Positions 35,698 through 49,828 of a DNA stretch of 64,000 bases are shown here, piece by piece; the stretch's first letter is position 1; the number at the start of each line of letters is the position of its first letter. The stretch spans positions 744,001 to 808,000 of the forward strand of contig JADEYG010000009.1 of assembly GCA_016906335.1 (NCBI GenBank), given 5' to 3'. This DNA comes from Novakomyces olei. Lineage: Eukaryota. The notes beneath the pieces are model-generated. The model was not told the DNA's origin and searched no databases. It saw only the letters and a list, made by a program, of their open reading frames with translations. A program made the position numbers and the translations under genes.

Positions 35698-38246
35698 TTA
35701 TACGGCAGGCTCCGGGATATAATGCTTGCCGCCATTTAACTTTGATACACTGTCGCCATATTCTATACTGTCAACTTCGGAAACGTCCTGCTGATCGTAT
35801 CCCATACTCTCCGAGTCAGACTCGACATATTCCTGGGACAGTTGCTGCATAAAATAGCGGCTATTCTGTAAATGCCGCTGATCATGGGCACTATTATGGT
35901 GTGGATCGTGGTGTGACGGACCTGATGGCTGTGAGGTTGAGGCATCATTCATAACATCAGCTTTAGCGCCCACAGCAAGATGAGCTGAAGGGTCCCTTCC
36001 ATCCCCCAAGTACTCGCTACCATCACCCAAATCATGGAAAGAATGACTCATTTCACGTTTTGGTACAGAAAGCCGCTGCGTCTTTGTACGCACAAGAGCG
36101 CTCTCTGGAAGCTGCCGTAAATCTTGAGAAATATAAGCCAATTTGGCACGGAAATCATTTTCAGCGCCAAAAGTGGAGGGAGTCGTGCGGATAAGGTTGA
36201 CCATCTCGTTCCTAATCATTTCTTCCGGCCATATCTTGTACTCGAGCTCAATCTTTTTCCAGTCTATTTCATTCAAACTCTCATAATCATCGTTAATCAA
36301 ACTAGTAGTTGGTTAGATACTTTATTCGCAAATCACAAATAAATTGAATGGGCAATTTAACAAAAATAGTGAAAGTAGTATAAGAATGAAAACAAAAGAC
36401 AATTGATAAAACAAACACTCAAACAAACAAAAAAGAAGTTTGATCCGATAAACAGATAAATAAGTAAACAATTAACAAATAGACGGGTTATTACGATTCT
36501 GCAATCCATAAGCGATCGCCTGCTTTCATTGGTGGAATGCGGGAGTAGTACTCCTCTCGACGAGCCTTGGCCACTTCTTTGTCCAAGTTTCTCAATCGTA
36601 CAAGGCATTGTAAGCGAGAACGCGTCCCTAGGGCTTGAGAAATCAAGCTCATATTGGGCGGCTCTCCCGGGTGCATTTCCTCGTGCTCAGCCAAAAGCTG
36701 CTGGAAATGTGCATCCTCCTCTGGCGTCCAGCGGCCTTTCTTTTTATCTCTAGATTGAACAATCGACCTGTATCTATCCCTAATATCCTCGGGCATACGG
36801 CCCAGGATTTTAGACAGCTTGGCCCATTGCTGACCGTGTTCTGCTACTAGTCTACAGAGAAAGTTAGTATATCAAATTGAGCAAACACATTTTAATGCTT
36901 ACTCAACAAGCTGCTGTTTCTCAGCCGGCGACCACGAGCCACGGCGGTCGAAATAGTGGTAATATCTCCGAATGTAATTGTAAATACTACGAGGCTGGCG
37001 ATCAGGCAGACGAGATTCTGTACAGTTAGACATATAAAATAAAGTGATAATTAAACCAGGGACAAAGTAGTTTTCGAGAAGTAGTCTAGACAGACAACCG
37101 AACTAGACCAAGGACAAGGAGGCAAAAATAATTTAGGTAGCAAACCAAAACTATATTAGAACGAGAAAAACGAATTTGAAAAAGGCGCATACGTATTCGA
37201 GGTATCAATTCTTTTGTAACAAATTTCGAACGAGACTCTTCCCATACACGTCGTCGTAATTCAGCTTCCTTCATACCGCTCTCAATAAGGTACAGGCGCA
37301 CTTCTTCTTGTAAGATCATAGCTTCTTCGTGGGTATAATGCCCCCCCACACGATTATCGTGAGGGACGCGTGGCATATGTGCTTGATCGTGCAAGTTATG
37401 ATGCTGGTGATGATTATGCTGATGATGCTGATCAGGTCCAGCGGTCAGATCATCACGGCCCATAGCGCCGCCCAAGCTGGCTGCAACGTGCCGATCATGA
37501 TCTGTACTATCATCAATTGGAACAACTCCTCCAACTACGGATCCAGCTGAAGGCTGAGACCGAGCAGTTGGGCCAGACATTGTCTGCGCAGCCGCTACGG
37601 CAGCTGCATTTGTGGCAGTAGTTGCAGAGGCACTTGTGTCCGGAGCCATATTGAAAATTGACTCGGCTGTAACATCGTGCTTGGTGATATCATCGTTATC
37701 CTGGATCGTATCCTGAAGATGTTGCTGTAACGCGTCCTCTGCTGTTGGTGATATTCCGCTTTGTCGTTCTTTGTGTGCATCAACGACCATGCGCGCTTGT
37801 GAAAGTGTGAATCCGGGAAAGTGCGCTCCTACAACATTAGAATTTGATCACCAAAAGTTTGACGTAAAGAGCCATTTTATTTTATTTATTATTTACTTTT
37901 ACTTTTATTTTATTTTTTAATTTTTTGATAGTTTCACATACGAAGATCCTTTAGCAAAAGGTCCACAATCAGTCGCGAATCATAGTCGTCGTTGCGAATA
38001 GCCTGCCGCAGCTGAGTTTTCGAGAGGGAATGAGTCTGTTTATTAAGTTAAAAAAGTGAAAACAGATAAGCAGGAGAAGGAACTACCAACGAATTGGTGA
38101 TTTTCCCAAACAAAAAAAATAAAATTGTAAAAAAGAAGCGTGGCTGAATCTTTTACCTTTCGAAATTGCCGTACGATTTTACGGCTGTCGCTGTTTACGA
38201 TATCCTCCAACTCCGGGTGGTGAGGATCTCGTAGTATCGTCTCCAT
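35698..38246 (-). CDS. Myb/SANT-repeat DNA-binding protein (Reb1/TTF1/DMP1-like), multi-exon
   Basis: RGSWSPAEKQ, RMPEDIRDRYR, KKGRWTPEED...ISQALGTRSRLQC, EIDWKKI. The start at 38246 was assigned by eye. Confidence 0.75.
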
Positions 38247-38735
38247 TAGCGACAGCAAAAAGAGCTCAACCGGCGGTAATTGCGGCGGCGCGCAGTAAGC
38301 AAATGCGGCAGATGAGTCGTCTGCCGCAGCGAGATAATCAGTAAAAGCAGCAGCGCAGGTATACGCGAGCTTTTAAATTGCACAGGGCGTAAGGATTAAA
38401 CCCGTAACAATTCGTGCAGCCAAATCAAAGTCAGCCGGCTTTTCCTGAATGGAAACGGTGTTCAATGTACGCGCTATGGAGTTCCGCAAACCGTCTTCAA
38501 AACAGTCGATCCTGCCTCGTTGTAAGAGGTCGAGGAGCTGATGTTGTGATTGACGAGTGATTGATTGATTGATTATATTTGCTTTATTTACTGGAAATAT
38601 TTGAATAATTATGGAATATTGATCATTTCGTTTTTCAAGTAAATTGTCGCTACAAACACGACTGCGCAGCGTATATTATACCAGACAAACCGTACCGTAT
38701 CTTTAAATGTGTGAATAACATTAAAATGTAAAAAC

Positions 38736-41700
38736 TGTTGGAATATGTTGAAATACATCTAAATATGGGCCAAACCTAATTATTATTTATGCAACTTATA
38801 CACACTATTGCTTATGAAGCCTATACTCACATACAATTATTTATATAGGTTGTAGCTAGAATTAGTAAATTTAACACAAAAGTTCAACAGGTTATGAGCC
38901 TGGATCGTTAGCCTTCAGAGCCAACAAAAATTTTTTGCTATCCAAAAAGCACTATCGTTTAATTAATTCTGTTCTCCCTTATCACCTGACAATCCTGTCA
39001 TAATGGAAACAGACGCACCACTGAATATGCCTGCTCAGCCTCAAGGAAATAGCAGCTACTCTGCTCAAACAGCCCCTACGAAAATCTCTTTTCAGAAGCT
39101 CCGAGGCTCTGAAAACTACGATATATGGGCGCAGAACATGAAGGCCCATCTCAATGGGCTTGGCTTGTTTGGTTACGTCTCTGGCCGAATTAAGGAGCCA
39201 GAGAAGAAAGTCAAGGAAGTGAAGGACGAAAAGACGGCCGAGATCGAGGACGACACGGCGTCTATCCTCTCCGACGACGATTACGAGGATGTAAGCGATG
39301 AGCTAGCCACCTGGAAGCGCAACTGCTCCCTAGCTCTAAGCTACATCTTGAGTAATATATCTGTTGAAATCAACAGACGTGTGAAAAGACTTACAAGTCC
39401 CAAGGAAGTTTGGAGACTTTTGAAAAGGGAATATGCGCAGGCAGGTTTCTCCTACGTCGGTACTTGCTACCAAAATTTCTTCAGCCTGAGACTCCCCAGT
39501 GAACAGGCTAGAACTCCAGAGGAGTACTGCCGTAAGTTCGTCGACCGCCTAGAAACCTTTGAGTCTGCAGGGGAAAAGGTCGGAAGATATACACAAATTT
39601 ATACTTTCCTTACTGGTATAGAAATGGAGTATAGTCAGTTTGTCCAAATACAAAAAGACACCTACGACGTAAAGAACCCACTAGACCTTGACGTGATAAT
39701 AGAACGCTTTCTAAATCACAGTCGTGGCCGGGTTGCAGACTCCGAATTGGCATTAGTCGCCAAAGGAGCCAACTACAAGAAAAGGGACCAGTGCAGTTTC
39801 TGCAACAAGACTGGACATCTCTCGGAAAATTGTTGGAAAAGGTTCCCCGAAAAGAGACCAGGAGTTACAAAAAGGGGGCCGAAGGAGGCGACCAAGACGT
39901 TTGTTGCCTCTGCGCAAGTTTCTTCTTTTACGGCAGTGCCAAATACAACGGCATGGATTGTGGACTCAGGTGCTACACAGCACATGTGTAACAGTCCAGC
40001 TTGGATTACGAACCTTAAGCCCACGAACAATCAGTGGGTGGAGACGGGGTCAGGCAAGACTCCGGCCCTAGGAGTTGGCAACGTCACACTCAATGTGCGC
40101 AAGCCAAGTGGTGTGGTAACGCAACTCACATTTGGCAACGTACTTTATGTGCCAGCTCTGCCCATCAATCTTCTCTCCATGACAATACTTGTCGAGCGAG
40201 GTCTGAACTTTGAGATACGCTCTGAAGGGCCTTTGGTCAGACACGCAGGAGAAGATGAGGTACTTACGAAACTAATCAGTTATAAGGGCCACTGGATGTT
40301 GGATTGTATTGGTCAACCGACAAGCAAAAACCAGTCCAAAGACGAAGCAACAGCCCTTATCGTAGCCACAGAGAATGTCTGGCACAAGCGTTATGGTCAC
40401 GCTTCGGCCAAAACAATCTCTCAGACGGCAAACCATGTTATAGGCATGGACATTGCCCCGGCATTAGAGCCGGAGGGTGCATGTACAGTCTGCGAACTCT
40501 CCAAGTCGCACAGGACAGTACATCGCCAGACACTGGAGCGAGCTACCGAGAAGCTCGACCGAGTCTACATGGACTTAATGGGTCCAATGAGCCAAATATC
40601 CAGAGACGGATACCGCTACGTAATCATCTTGACCGATGAAGTCAGTCGTTTTCGCTGGATCATACCTTTGACCTCGAAAACAGCTAGCTCAGTTCTTTCG
40701 GCAATAAAGCTCTGGACTGAATTCATCAAGAATTACTTCAAGGCAATGCCAAAGTCCATTCGCACAGACGGCGGTCTTGAATTTACCTCTGCTCAACCCT
40801 GGCTTACATCACTGGGAGTTAAAATTGAAAACACCGTGCCATATACGCCTGAGCAAAATGGAATGGCAGAGCGTAGCAACGGGCTAATAAGTGAAAAGGC
40901 CAGGGCACTCAGCATCGGAGGATGTTTGAAGGAAGACATGTGGTATGCAGCTATGGAGACAGCTACATATCTCCTCAACGTACAATTCACCAAAACGCTG
41001 AACATGACACCTCATGAAGCACTTTATGGGACACTGCCACGAGTGGACCACATTAAAGTGTATGGATGCAGAGTATATGTCCACATCCCACATGAAAAAC
41101 GTGTCAAAAGCGACAAACTAGGCAGTCGTGCACAGATTGGCAAGCTGGTTGGTTACGAAAGCCATACCATTTATAAAATCCAGCTGCCAAGCGGCCAAAC
41201 GACACGGTCAAGTCACGTCAGGTTCGATGAAAACACCATCGATGACTACACCGGCAACAACATCAGCAGCCCACCAAACTTTCAGGTGCCTGATGAAGAA
41301 AATGCTGCCTTGTCCCCACTCCTGACACCGCTGCCGTTGCAGCAGCCGGAGGGTGAGGACAGTGATAAAGTCACTATCACCGAAGGGCCGCCGACAACGA
41401 CAGCAGCGGACAGGAGTGAGGAGGACTCATCAAACAATGAAAAAATCCAACAAGCTAGCAACACTCACGCTGAGCCGGAGCAAGCTAACAACACTCACGC
41501 TGAGCCGGAACAGCAACTGACAATAATTAGTGAAGCACCTGTGCCGAGCCTGCGTCGGTCAGCACGTCTAAACGAAACGCAGAAGTCTCTACTTACTGTT
41601 GCTCATGCAGTTTACATAGAGCCGCAGACTCTCCGAGAGGCACTCGAGTCCCCACAAGCTCGGGAATGGACCGAAGCTTGCCATGCGGAACTCAAGTCGT

Positions 41701-43390
41701 TAGACAAAAACGAGACCTGGACGTTAGTGAACAAGTCCGACATTGAAAAGGGCAAGCACGTCTTAAAAGGCAAATGGGTCTTTAAAATAAAGAGAGACAC
41801 AGAAGGCAATGTGCAAAAATACAAAGCAAGATGGGTTGTAAAAGGTTATTTGCAAAAGGAAGGAATTGATTACCAAGAGACCTTTGCGCCTGTAGTACAT
41901 ACCGCGACGTGGAGAATGGTATTGGCCATTGTCGCATTCAAAGATCTGGAATGTGACCAGATGGACTTCGAAACCGCTTTTCTGAACGCACAAGTACAAG
42001 AAGAAGTGTACGTCGAACAACCTGTCGGCTTCGAAACCGGAAAGGACCAAGTATGCAAGCTTCGCAAAACATTGTATGGACTAAAACAGTCTCCACGCGA
42101 GTGGTACAAATGTCTGCGCCAGATGTTCAGGCAGCTTGGGTTCATTCCCCTTAAATCCGATAACTCAGTATTCGTCCGGGACGAGAATGAAATAATTCTC
42201 GCCCATACAGACGATTTGCTGGTCATCGCAGCTACAGAATCAAAGTTAGCTGACATTAAAAAGGAAATTAAAACGGCTTACGTAGCCAAGGACCTCGGTC
42301 CGGCGAACCTTTTCGTCGGAATACAAATTGTACGAGACAGAAAGCATAGAAGCATAGAGCTTAAACAAGAACACTATGTCACTAATATGCTTGAACGCTT
42401 CGGAATGATGGACTGCAAGGCCATCGAAACCCCAATGGCCGAGGATAGAGAGGCCATTGGTGGACAGCCCGAGTCAGAGCCGACCAAAGAGATGCAAACG
42501 CAGTACCAGCAACTCATAGGTTCGCTGCTCTTTGCGTCGACTCAGACGCGACCCGACATAGCCTACGCGGTTAACACCCTGGCTCGACATATGCACCGGC
42601 CAAGTGAAGAGCACTTGACTGCTGCCAAAAGAGTCTTGAGATATCTAAAAGGAACAAAAACTTACAGTATCAAGTATAGATTCAGCAAGGACAACATGGA
42701 CCTAAAGGTCCATACGGACTCGGACTGGGCAGGCGACCCAGACACCAGACGGTCATGCTCTGGTTTCATACTCTTGGCCGGTGGAGGACCTGTGTCGTGG
42801 AGATCAACTCTCCAAACGACAGTGGCTCTCTCCTCCACTGAGGCCGAGTATGTTGGCTTGTCGATCAGTGGCCAAGAGGTGCTGTGGGCCCAACAGCTCC
42901 TCTTGGAACTGAACTACAATGAGGACGACAGATTGCCTATGATTGTCCTGGAGGACAACCAAGGCGCTATCGCCCTCGCCAAGAACCCGCAATTTCACCG
43001 AAGGACAAAACACGTAGCCATCCGATGGCACTTTGTCCGTGAGCTAACGGAGTCAGAAAGAATAAAAATCAAGTACATACCAACCGCTCGTATGGCAGCT
43101 GACGGCCTTACAAAACCGCTCCGCAAGCTACTGTTTAAAAACTTTACAAAGTTAGTTGGAGTGAGCGAATAAAGTAAGTAACCTTACCACGTGATCCGCG
43201 CATACAGGCTTACCGTGCCCGCCGCCTGGGAGGGTGTGTTGGAATATGTTGAAATACATCTAAATATGGGCCAAACCTAATTATTATTTATGCAACTTAT
43301 ACACACTATTGCTTATGAAGCCTATACTCACATACAATTATTTATATAGGTTGTAGCTAGAATTAGTAAATTTAACACAAAAGTTCAACA
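38736..43390 (+). mobile_element. Full-length Ty1/copia LTR retrotransposon (4655 bp)
   Basis: 154-bp LTRs 38736-38889 and 43237-43390 (TGTTG...CAACA), identical by eye; 5-bp TSD AAAAC on both sides; PBS GGTTATGAGCC 38890-38900; PPT GGGAGGGTG 43228-43236. Confidence 0.98.
39003..43172 (+). CDS. Gag-Pol polyprotein (Gag, zinc knuckle, protease, integrase, RT, RNase H; copia order)
   Basis: CSFCNKTGHLSENC, WIVDSGAT, WHKRYGH...CTVC, RTDGGLEF...EQNGMAER, LYGLKQSPREW, HTDD, DSDWAGD. One uninterrupted 1389-aa ORF. Confidence 0.97.
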   Translation: METDAPLNMPAQPQGNSSYSAQTAPTKISFQKLRGSENYDIWAQNMKAHLNGLGLFGYVSGRIKEPEKKVKEVKDEKTAEIEDDTASILSDDDYEDVSDELATWKRNCSLALSYILSNISVEINRRVKRLTSPKEVWRLLKREYAQAGFSYVGTCYQNFFSLRLPSEQARTPEEYCRKFVDRLETFESAGEKVGRYTQIYTFLTGIEMEYSQFVQIQKDTYDVKNPLDLDVIIERFLNHSRGRVADSELALVAKGANYKKRDQCSFCNKTGHLSENCWKRFPEKRPGVTKRGPKEATKTFVASAQVSSFTAVPNTTAWIVDSGATQHMCNSPAWITNLKPTNNQWVETGSGKTPALGVGNVTLNVRKPSGVVTQLTFGNVLYVPALPINLLSMTILVERGLNFEIRSEGPLVRHAGEDEVLTKLISYKGHWMLDCIGQPTSKNQSKDEATALIVATENVWHKRYGHASAKTISQTANHVIGMDIAPALEPEGACTVCELSKSHRTVHRQTLERATEKLDRVYMDLMGPMSQISRDGYRYVIILTDEVSRFRWIIPLTSKTASSVLSAIKLWTEFIKNYFKAMPKSIRTDGGLEFTSAQPWLTSLGVKIENTVPYTPEQNGMAERSNGLISEKARALSIGGCLKEDMWYAAMETATYLLNVQFTKTLNMTPHEALYGTLPRVDHIKVYGCRVYVHIPHEKRVKSDKLGSRAQIGKLVGYESHTIYKIQLPSGQTTRSSHVRFDENTIDDYTGNNISSPPNFQVPDEENAALSPLLTPLPLQQPEGEDSDKVTITEGPPTTTAADRSEEDSSNNEKIQQASNTHAEPEQANNTHAEPEQQLTIISEAPVPSLRRSARLNETQKSLLTVAHAVYIEPQTLREALESPQAREWTEACHAELKSLDKNETWTLVNKSDIEKGKHVLKGKWVFKIKRDTEGNVQKYKARWVVKGYLQKEGIDYQETFAPVVHTATWRMVLAIVAFKDLECDQMDFETAFLNAQVQEEVYVEQPVGFETGKDQVCKLRKTLYGLKQSPREWYKCLRQMFRQLGFIPLKSDNSVFVRDENEIILAHTDDLLVIAATESKLADIKKEIKTAYVAKDLGPANLFVGIQIVRDRKHRSIELKQEHYVTNMLERFGMMDCKAIETPMAEDREAIGGQPESEPTKEMQTQYQQLIGSLLFASTQTRPDIAYAVNTLARHMHRPSEEHLTAAKRVLRYLKGTKTYSIKYRFSKDNMDLKVHTDSDWAGDPDTRRSCSGFILLAGGGPVSWRSTLQTTVALSSTEAEYVGLSISGQEVLWAQQLLLELNYNEDDRLPMIVLEDNQGAIALAKNPQFHRRTKHVAIRWHFVRELTESERIKIKYIPTARMAADGLTKPLRKLLFKNFTKLVGVSE

Positions 43391-43754
43391 AAAACAATAT
43401 TAAAAAGTACAATAATATTAAAAAGTAAAATAATATTAAAAAGTAGAACAATACTTACGAGGCAGATTAATGTACGGAGACATACCTAGAACATGTATAG
43501 GGAACTTTGAAAATAAAATAAAAAATAATAAAGTACGTATTCAAAGAAACACGTACAAACTAACCGTGCAGTCCAGTCCAAAGGCCACACCAGTCCTTCC
43601 CCTTCAGCTACTGTGTGGCAATTGCGAGGCAATTGCGAGTTTGACTCGCAATCCCGGACAGAAAAGTCTCCTTGCCGTGGTCGCAGTTGGATACGAGAGA
43701 CTAGAAAAGTTTTCAAGTTGGTTCAAGTCTTAGTTTCCACCTACTGGCAGCGAC

Positions 43755-46640
43755 ATGACCGACCTGCCACCTGGGCCGCAGGATGGCACTGCCGCTGCTC
43801 CAGCGGCAGTGCCTCACGCGTCCGCCCGACGCCCTCGACGGCAATATGCTCACGACCAATTCGATCTTACTTCTGGCGCTTATCCCCAGCAACAGGACCC
43901 TTCACTGGCCGCTGCTCCTGGCTACAATGCGGCTCCTATGCCTGAGCCAAGCCAGTTCCAGCCACAGCCAATTCAGCCTGGGTACGGGCAGCCTGGAGTG
44001 CAGGCTGGAGGCCAGCCTGCTTACGGGCAGGCGCAGTTTAGTTCTCTCGCCGACGGAATGGCACGAATGAACGTTAATATGGGGGTAATTGAATTTATTA
44101 AATTATTTTTCATTGTCCACTTGCCATTGCCCTGCTAACTCGACAGTCGCGTCTGAACCAGCTAGAGCCTATTGACCTGATTAATCAGCCTCCTGATATG
44201 AGCCAGATTAATGCTCCGCCGCCGGCACTAATCTTACCAGAGAGGGTATGTTTGCTTAAAGCGTTTGCTCCACTGGATTTCGGTAGCATTCGCCGTTAAA
44301 TAAATAAAGCAATGACACATGAAGCCAATTGAATAATGAAAAAGAAATAATTTGCTTAATCAACTACTTGTCAACATCTTTTTCAGCAATCTAACAAAAC
44401 AGGCGGCGGCTACTCCGTCAGAGAACGCCAACGGCTCGCCAGACTACGTTCGCTGCACGCTTAACGCTGTACCCACAACAAACGGTTTACTTAAAAAATC
44501 TAAACTGCCGTTTGCCCTTGTCCTGCGCCCGTACACCGCACTGCGAAACGAAGACGAACCCGTCCCCGTCATCACGGATCAGCTCATCTCCCGCTGCCGT
44601 CGCTGCCGGGCCTATATTAACCCCTTCTCCACCTTTATTGAAGATGGCCACCGATGGCGATGTGCTCTCTGCAACCTGATAAACGACGTGCCCCAGGGCT
44701 TTGACTGGGACCTTATTGCAAACAAGGCTAAAGACCGATGGGCTCGGGCAGAATTGAACCATTCTGTTGTTGATTTTGTAGCACCGCAAGAGTATATGGC
44801 CCGGCCGCCTCAGCCTTTGGTCATTGTATTTGTTATTGATGTGTCTGCGGCTGCAGTGCAGTCTGGCCTTGTTGCTACTACTGCACGTACAATCCTGGAG
44901 TCGCTGGACCGGATCCCCAATTCTGACGGGAGGACGCGGCTGGCCATCCTCGGCGTAGACTCTTCCCTCCACTACTTTGCCATGTCTCCCAGCAGCGACA
45001 ACGACACTAGCTCTGAGCAGAGTACACAGATGCTGGTGGTCTCTGACTTGGACGAGCCTTTCCTGCCGACGCCGGTAGACCTTTTGCTCAATCTGAAAGA
45101 GTGCCGTTCAGGTATCGAATCATTGCTCGAACGCTTTAGTGATATGTTCCAGCACACGCACGATACGGGCAGTGCTCTGGGTCCAGCATTAAAGGCTGCC
45201 CACAAGATGATTGCTAATGTTGGAGGCAAAATAATTGTGCTAACTGCCTCGCTGCCCAACAAGGGCGAAGGCAGGTTGGAGGTACGTGACGATCATAAAG
45301 CCTGGGGCACGAGTAAGGAGGCCAGTCTTTTGCAGACACAGTCGTCCTTCTACAAGAGTTTTGCAGTAGAATGCAGTAAGCAGCATGTGTCTGTCGATAT
45401 GTTTACGTTTGCCTCTGGCTACCAGGACGTTGCCTCCCTCAGCTGTCTGCCAAGGTACACGGGTGGCCAAACGCATTACTACCCCGGGTGGAGTGCCATT
45501 GCTACTGAAGACGCAGTTAAATTTGCACGTGAACTGAGTGAGCATTTAAGTATGGAGATTCAGCTCGAGGCAGTTATGCGGATCAGAGGCACTTCTAACC
45601 TGCGAATGCAAACTTTTTACGGTAATTTCTTCAATAGATCTTCCGATCTATGCGCTCTGCCGGCTTTCCCACGGGATCAAGGTTATGTTGTTGAGGTGGC
45701 CATTGACGATAACCTGACAAAGCCCTTTGTTGTACTGCAAACTGCCGTTCTGCATACAACTTGCCACGGAGAAAGAAGGATCCGGACAATAAACATTGCC
45801 ATCCCCACAACGGACAAATTGGCAGAGGTATATGCTGCTGCTGACCAAGTAGCAATCACCACCTATCTTTCGTACAAGGCAGTAGAACGCTGCCTTACCT
45901 CTGGCAGCGATTCTGCTCGCGAGTTTATCGTGGAGAGACTTGTTGCAGTGATGGAAACGTTCCGCAAACAACTGACGGGTCAAAATACGGGGGCCTCATT
46001 GCCCTTGCAGTTGAGCAAAAACCTGAAGCTCCTACCTTTCCTCTGTCTTGCACTGACAAAGCACGTTGGCTTCCGTAAAGCACAAATTGCCTCGGACGTT
46101 AGATCAGCTGCTTTAAATTACTTGTCCAGTTTCCCTCCGGCCCGACTGATTCCGTACATTGTCCCACGATTTTTTGGGCTGCACAATATGCCCGACGATG
46201 CTGGTGTTCCAGCGCCTGAGCAGGGCGGCAGTATTGCGCTGCCGCCTCAGCTAAACTTGACTTTTGCCAACTACGAGTCCTATGGGCTCTATCTGTTTGA
46301 TGATGGATTAGTGCAAGTGCTCTGGCTGGGTAAAGACGCAGTGCCTTTACTGCTGCAGGACGTGTTTGGTGTACAGAGCCTGCAGCAGCTCAAGGGCGGT
46401 AAAACCGTGTTGCCTGTGCTGGAAGACTCGCCCATGAACCAGCGAGTACACAATATACTGGCTAAACTGCGGTCTGCTGATAAGGGGTCGATTGTTTCTC
46501 AGCAGCTTTGGATCGTGCGAGGCGACTTGGATCCTGCTCTGCAGAAGTGGGTGCTGCTTATGCTGCTGGAAGACCGGACGGACGCTCAGCCCAGTTACCA
46601 CCAGTTTATTACCCAGCTCAAGGAGAAGGTGAATGCTTGA
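43755..46640 (+). CDS. SEC24: COPII coat subunit Sec24, 3 exons
   Basis: RCTLNAVP...KSKLPFAL, zinc finger [12 protein letters not shown]...CALC, vWA trunk [16 protein letters not shown]. Introns 44085-44146 and 44246-44402. Confidence 0.96.
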
Positions 46641-47330
46641 GAGGGGCAGGTAGACAGGTTTACAGGTGCAGTTGGCCGTGCAAGATAAAAAATGATATCA
46701 TTCACAGTATATCGTGTTTGTATTACAATTATAGCGTGGTACGTACCAAGCCACCACGCGCCTTGTAGGCCGTTGATCTAACCGTATTCTTGTCCTTGCA
46801 TTATTATTCAAAAGCTGACTCTGACAAGGGGTGATCGATATATGAGAGCGGTGCTATATAGTAGAATAACATTTTATTTCGAAAATACGCTCCAATTAAT
46901 TTTTGTTTTTCAAGATTAATTGTATATATTACGTAGTATAGTATTTTACGTGTTTTATAGAGAAACCTGTTGTACAATATAACATTTTATATACGTTGTA
47001 CAATACGCACTGTATACTGTATACGTTAACGTGTACAATATACACCGTATACCGTACCTAATCGTCTCCTTACTTGATTTGACTCACAAGTAACCGTATC
47101 AGTTGAATGCGCGCCTTGTAATTAATTCTTCCTTCATTGTCCCTCCCTTCTCGGCTTGAAGGTTCCTTTGCTTTACTTTTGCTCCCGATTCGTATAAAAA
47201 GCACCTTTTCCCGCAATCGTTTCCCATTGTAATCCATCGTTTCTTTGCTGGCATATTCAATTGCAATTGGAGCCAATTTGTACTTTTTTATTAGTGCATA
47301 TCATCGGTGTTTACTTGCTCCACGCGAACA

Positions 47331-48779
<1,449 letters not shown>

Positions 48780-49501
48780 TTTGGAACTTTTACGTCGTTT
48801 ACGCTGGGCGTATAATGTCGATACTGGATGGGATACATTGAACGATGATTGGGGCTTTGGTACCTTTCGTCTAGTATGCCTTTATCAATCTTGGCTTATT
48901 GGATTTTATTGGTCTTGGAACAGCTGGCAGGCGGCCTGCAGAGTTGTCGTTATTGTTGGGATGCTTTCTTTGTTGTCTTGTTTTTTGTGCTTTTTTGCAT
49001 TGCATATTCTAGAATTGTTATTTGAGAAGTTTGCTTGTGTATTGTATTTCTGTTTAATACTTTTCTTGCATAGTCTATTTGCATCCAGATTCTTTGCATT
49101 TTATTCTTTCCTTGTTTGAGTCTTTTAGTATATTGTCAGCTGCCTTATAGCGCTCTTAAGATAGGCGACCTGGCTGAAGTAATTCAACCAAACTATTCTT
49201 GTGATCAAGCCAATAAAAATAATAATTATCATAGATTCAGTCGATGGACATGTGTAGTCTTATTTTATGTGTTTTAAATAAATAAACTCGCGTTGCCGTG
49301 TATCACACTGCCGACGTAGTTGACAGACAAAATAACCGACCCATCGAGATCAGCCAAGAGCAATCCGCCTCCTTATCCTTCCAAGCTGTGAATACTTGTA
49401 TTATGCCCTTGTGTATAGTTGGTATTGCGGCCACGTGTAGATAATGCAGCGACGTGTACGCCCATAGCCGTGAGGATATAGTCGGTGTAGACAATCAATA
49501 C

Positions 49502-49618
49502 TCAGGCAGATTTTGCATTGCGTTCATTGACGGCGATATAGTGGTAAACGACGATGCCAATCATCATTGTACAGCCGAGGAAGAGCGTAAGAGTATTGAG
49601 CTGAGCGTCAGTGATCAT
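49502..49618 (-). CDS. OST4: Oligosaccharyltransferase subunit Ost4 (38 aa; below the ORF-track cutoff)
   Basis: MITDAQLNTLTLFLGCTMMIGIVVYHYIAVNERNAKSA* fits the MI[ST]D.QL...G..M...IV.YH pattern of Ost4. Confidence 0.92.
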   Translation of the reverse strand: MITDAQLNTLTLFLGCTMMIGIVVYHYIAVNERNAKSA

Positions 49619-49642
49619 TGTCGTTGAATTTGCGTTTGTGTA

Positions 49643-49788
<146 letters not shown>

Positions 49789-49828
49789 ATTGCACGGCTC
49801 GAGCCTGCCAGCCTTTTCCATCAGCGTC

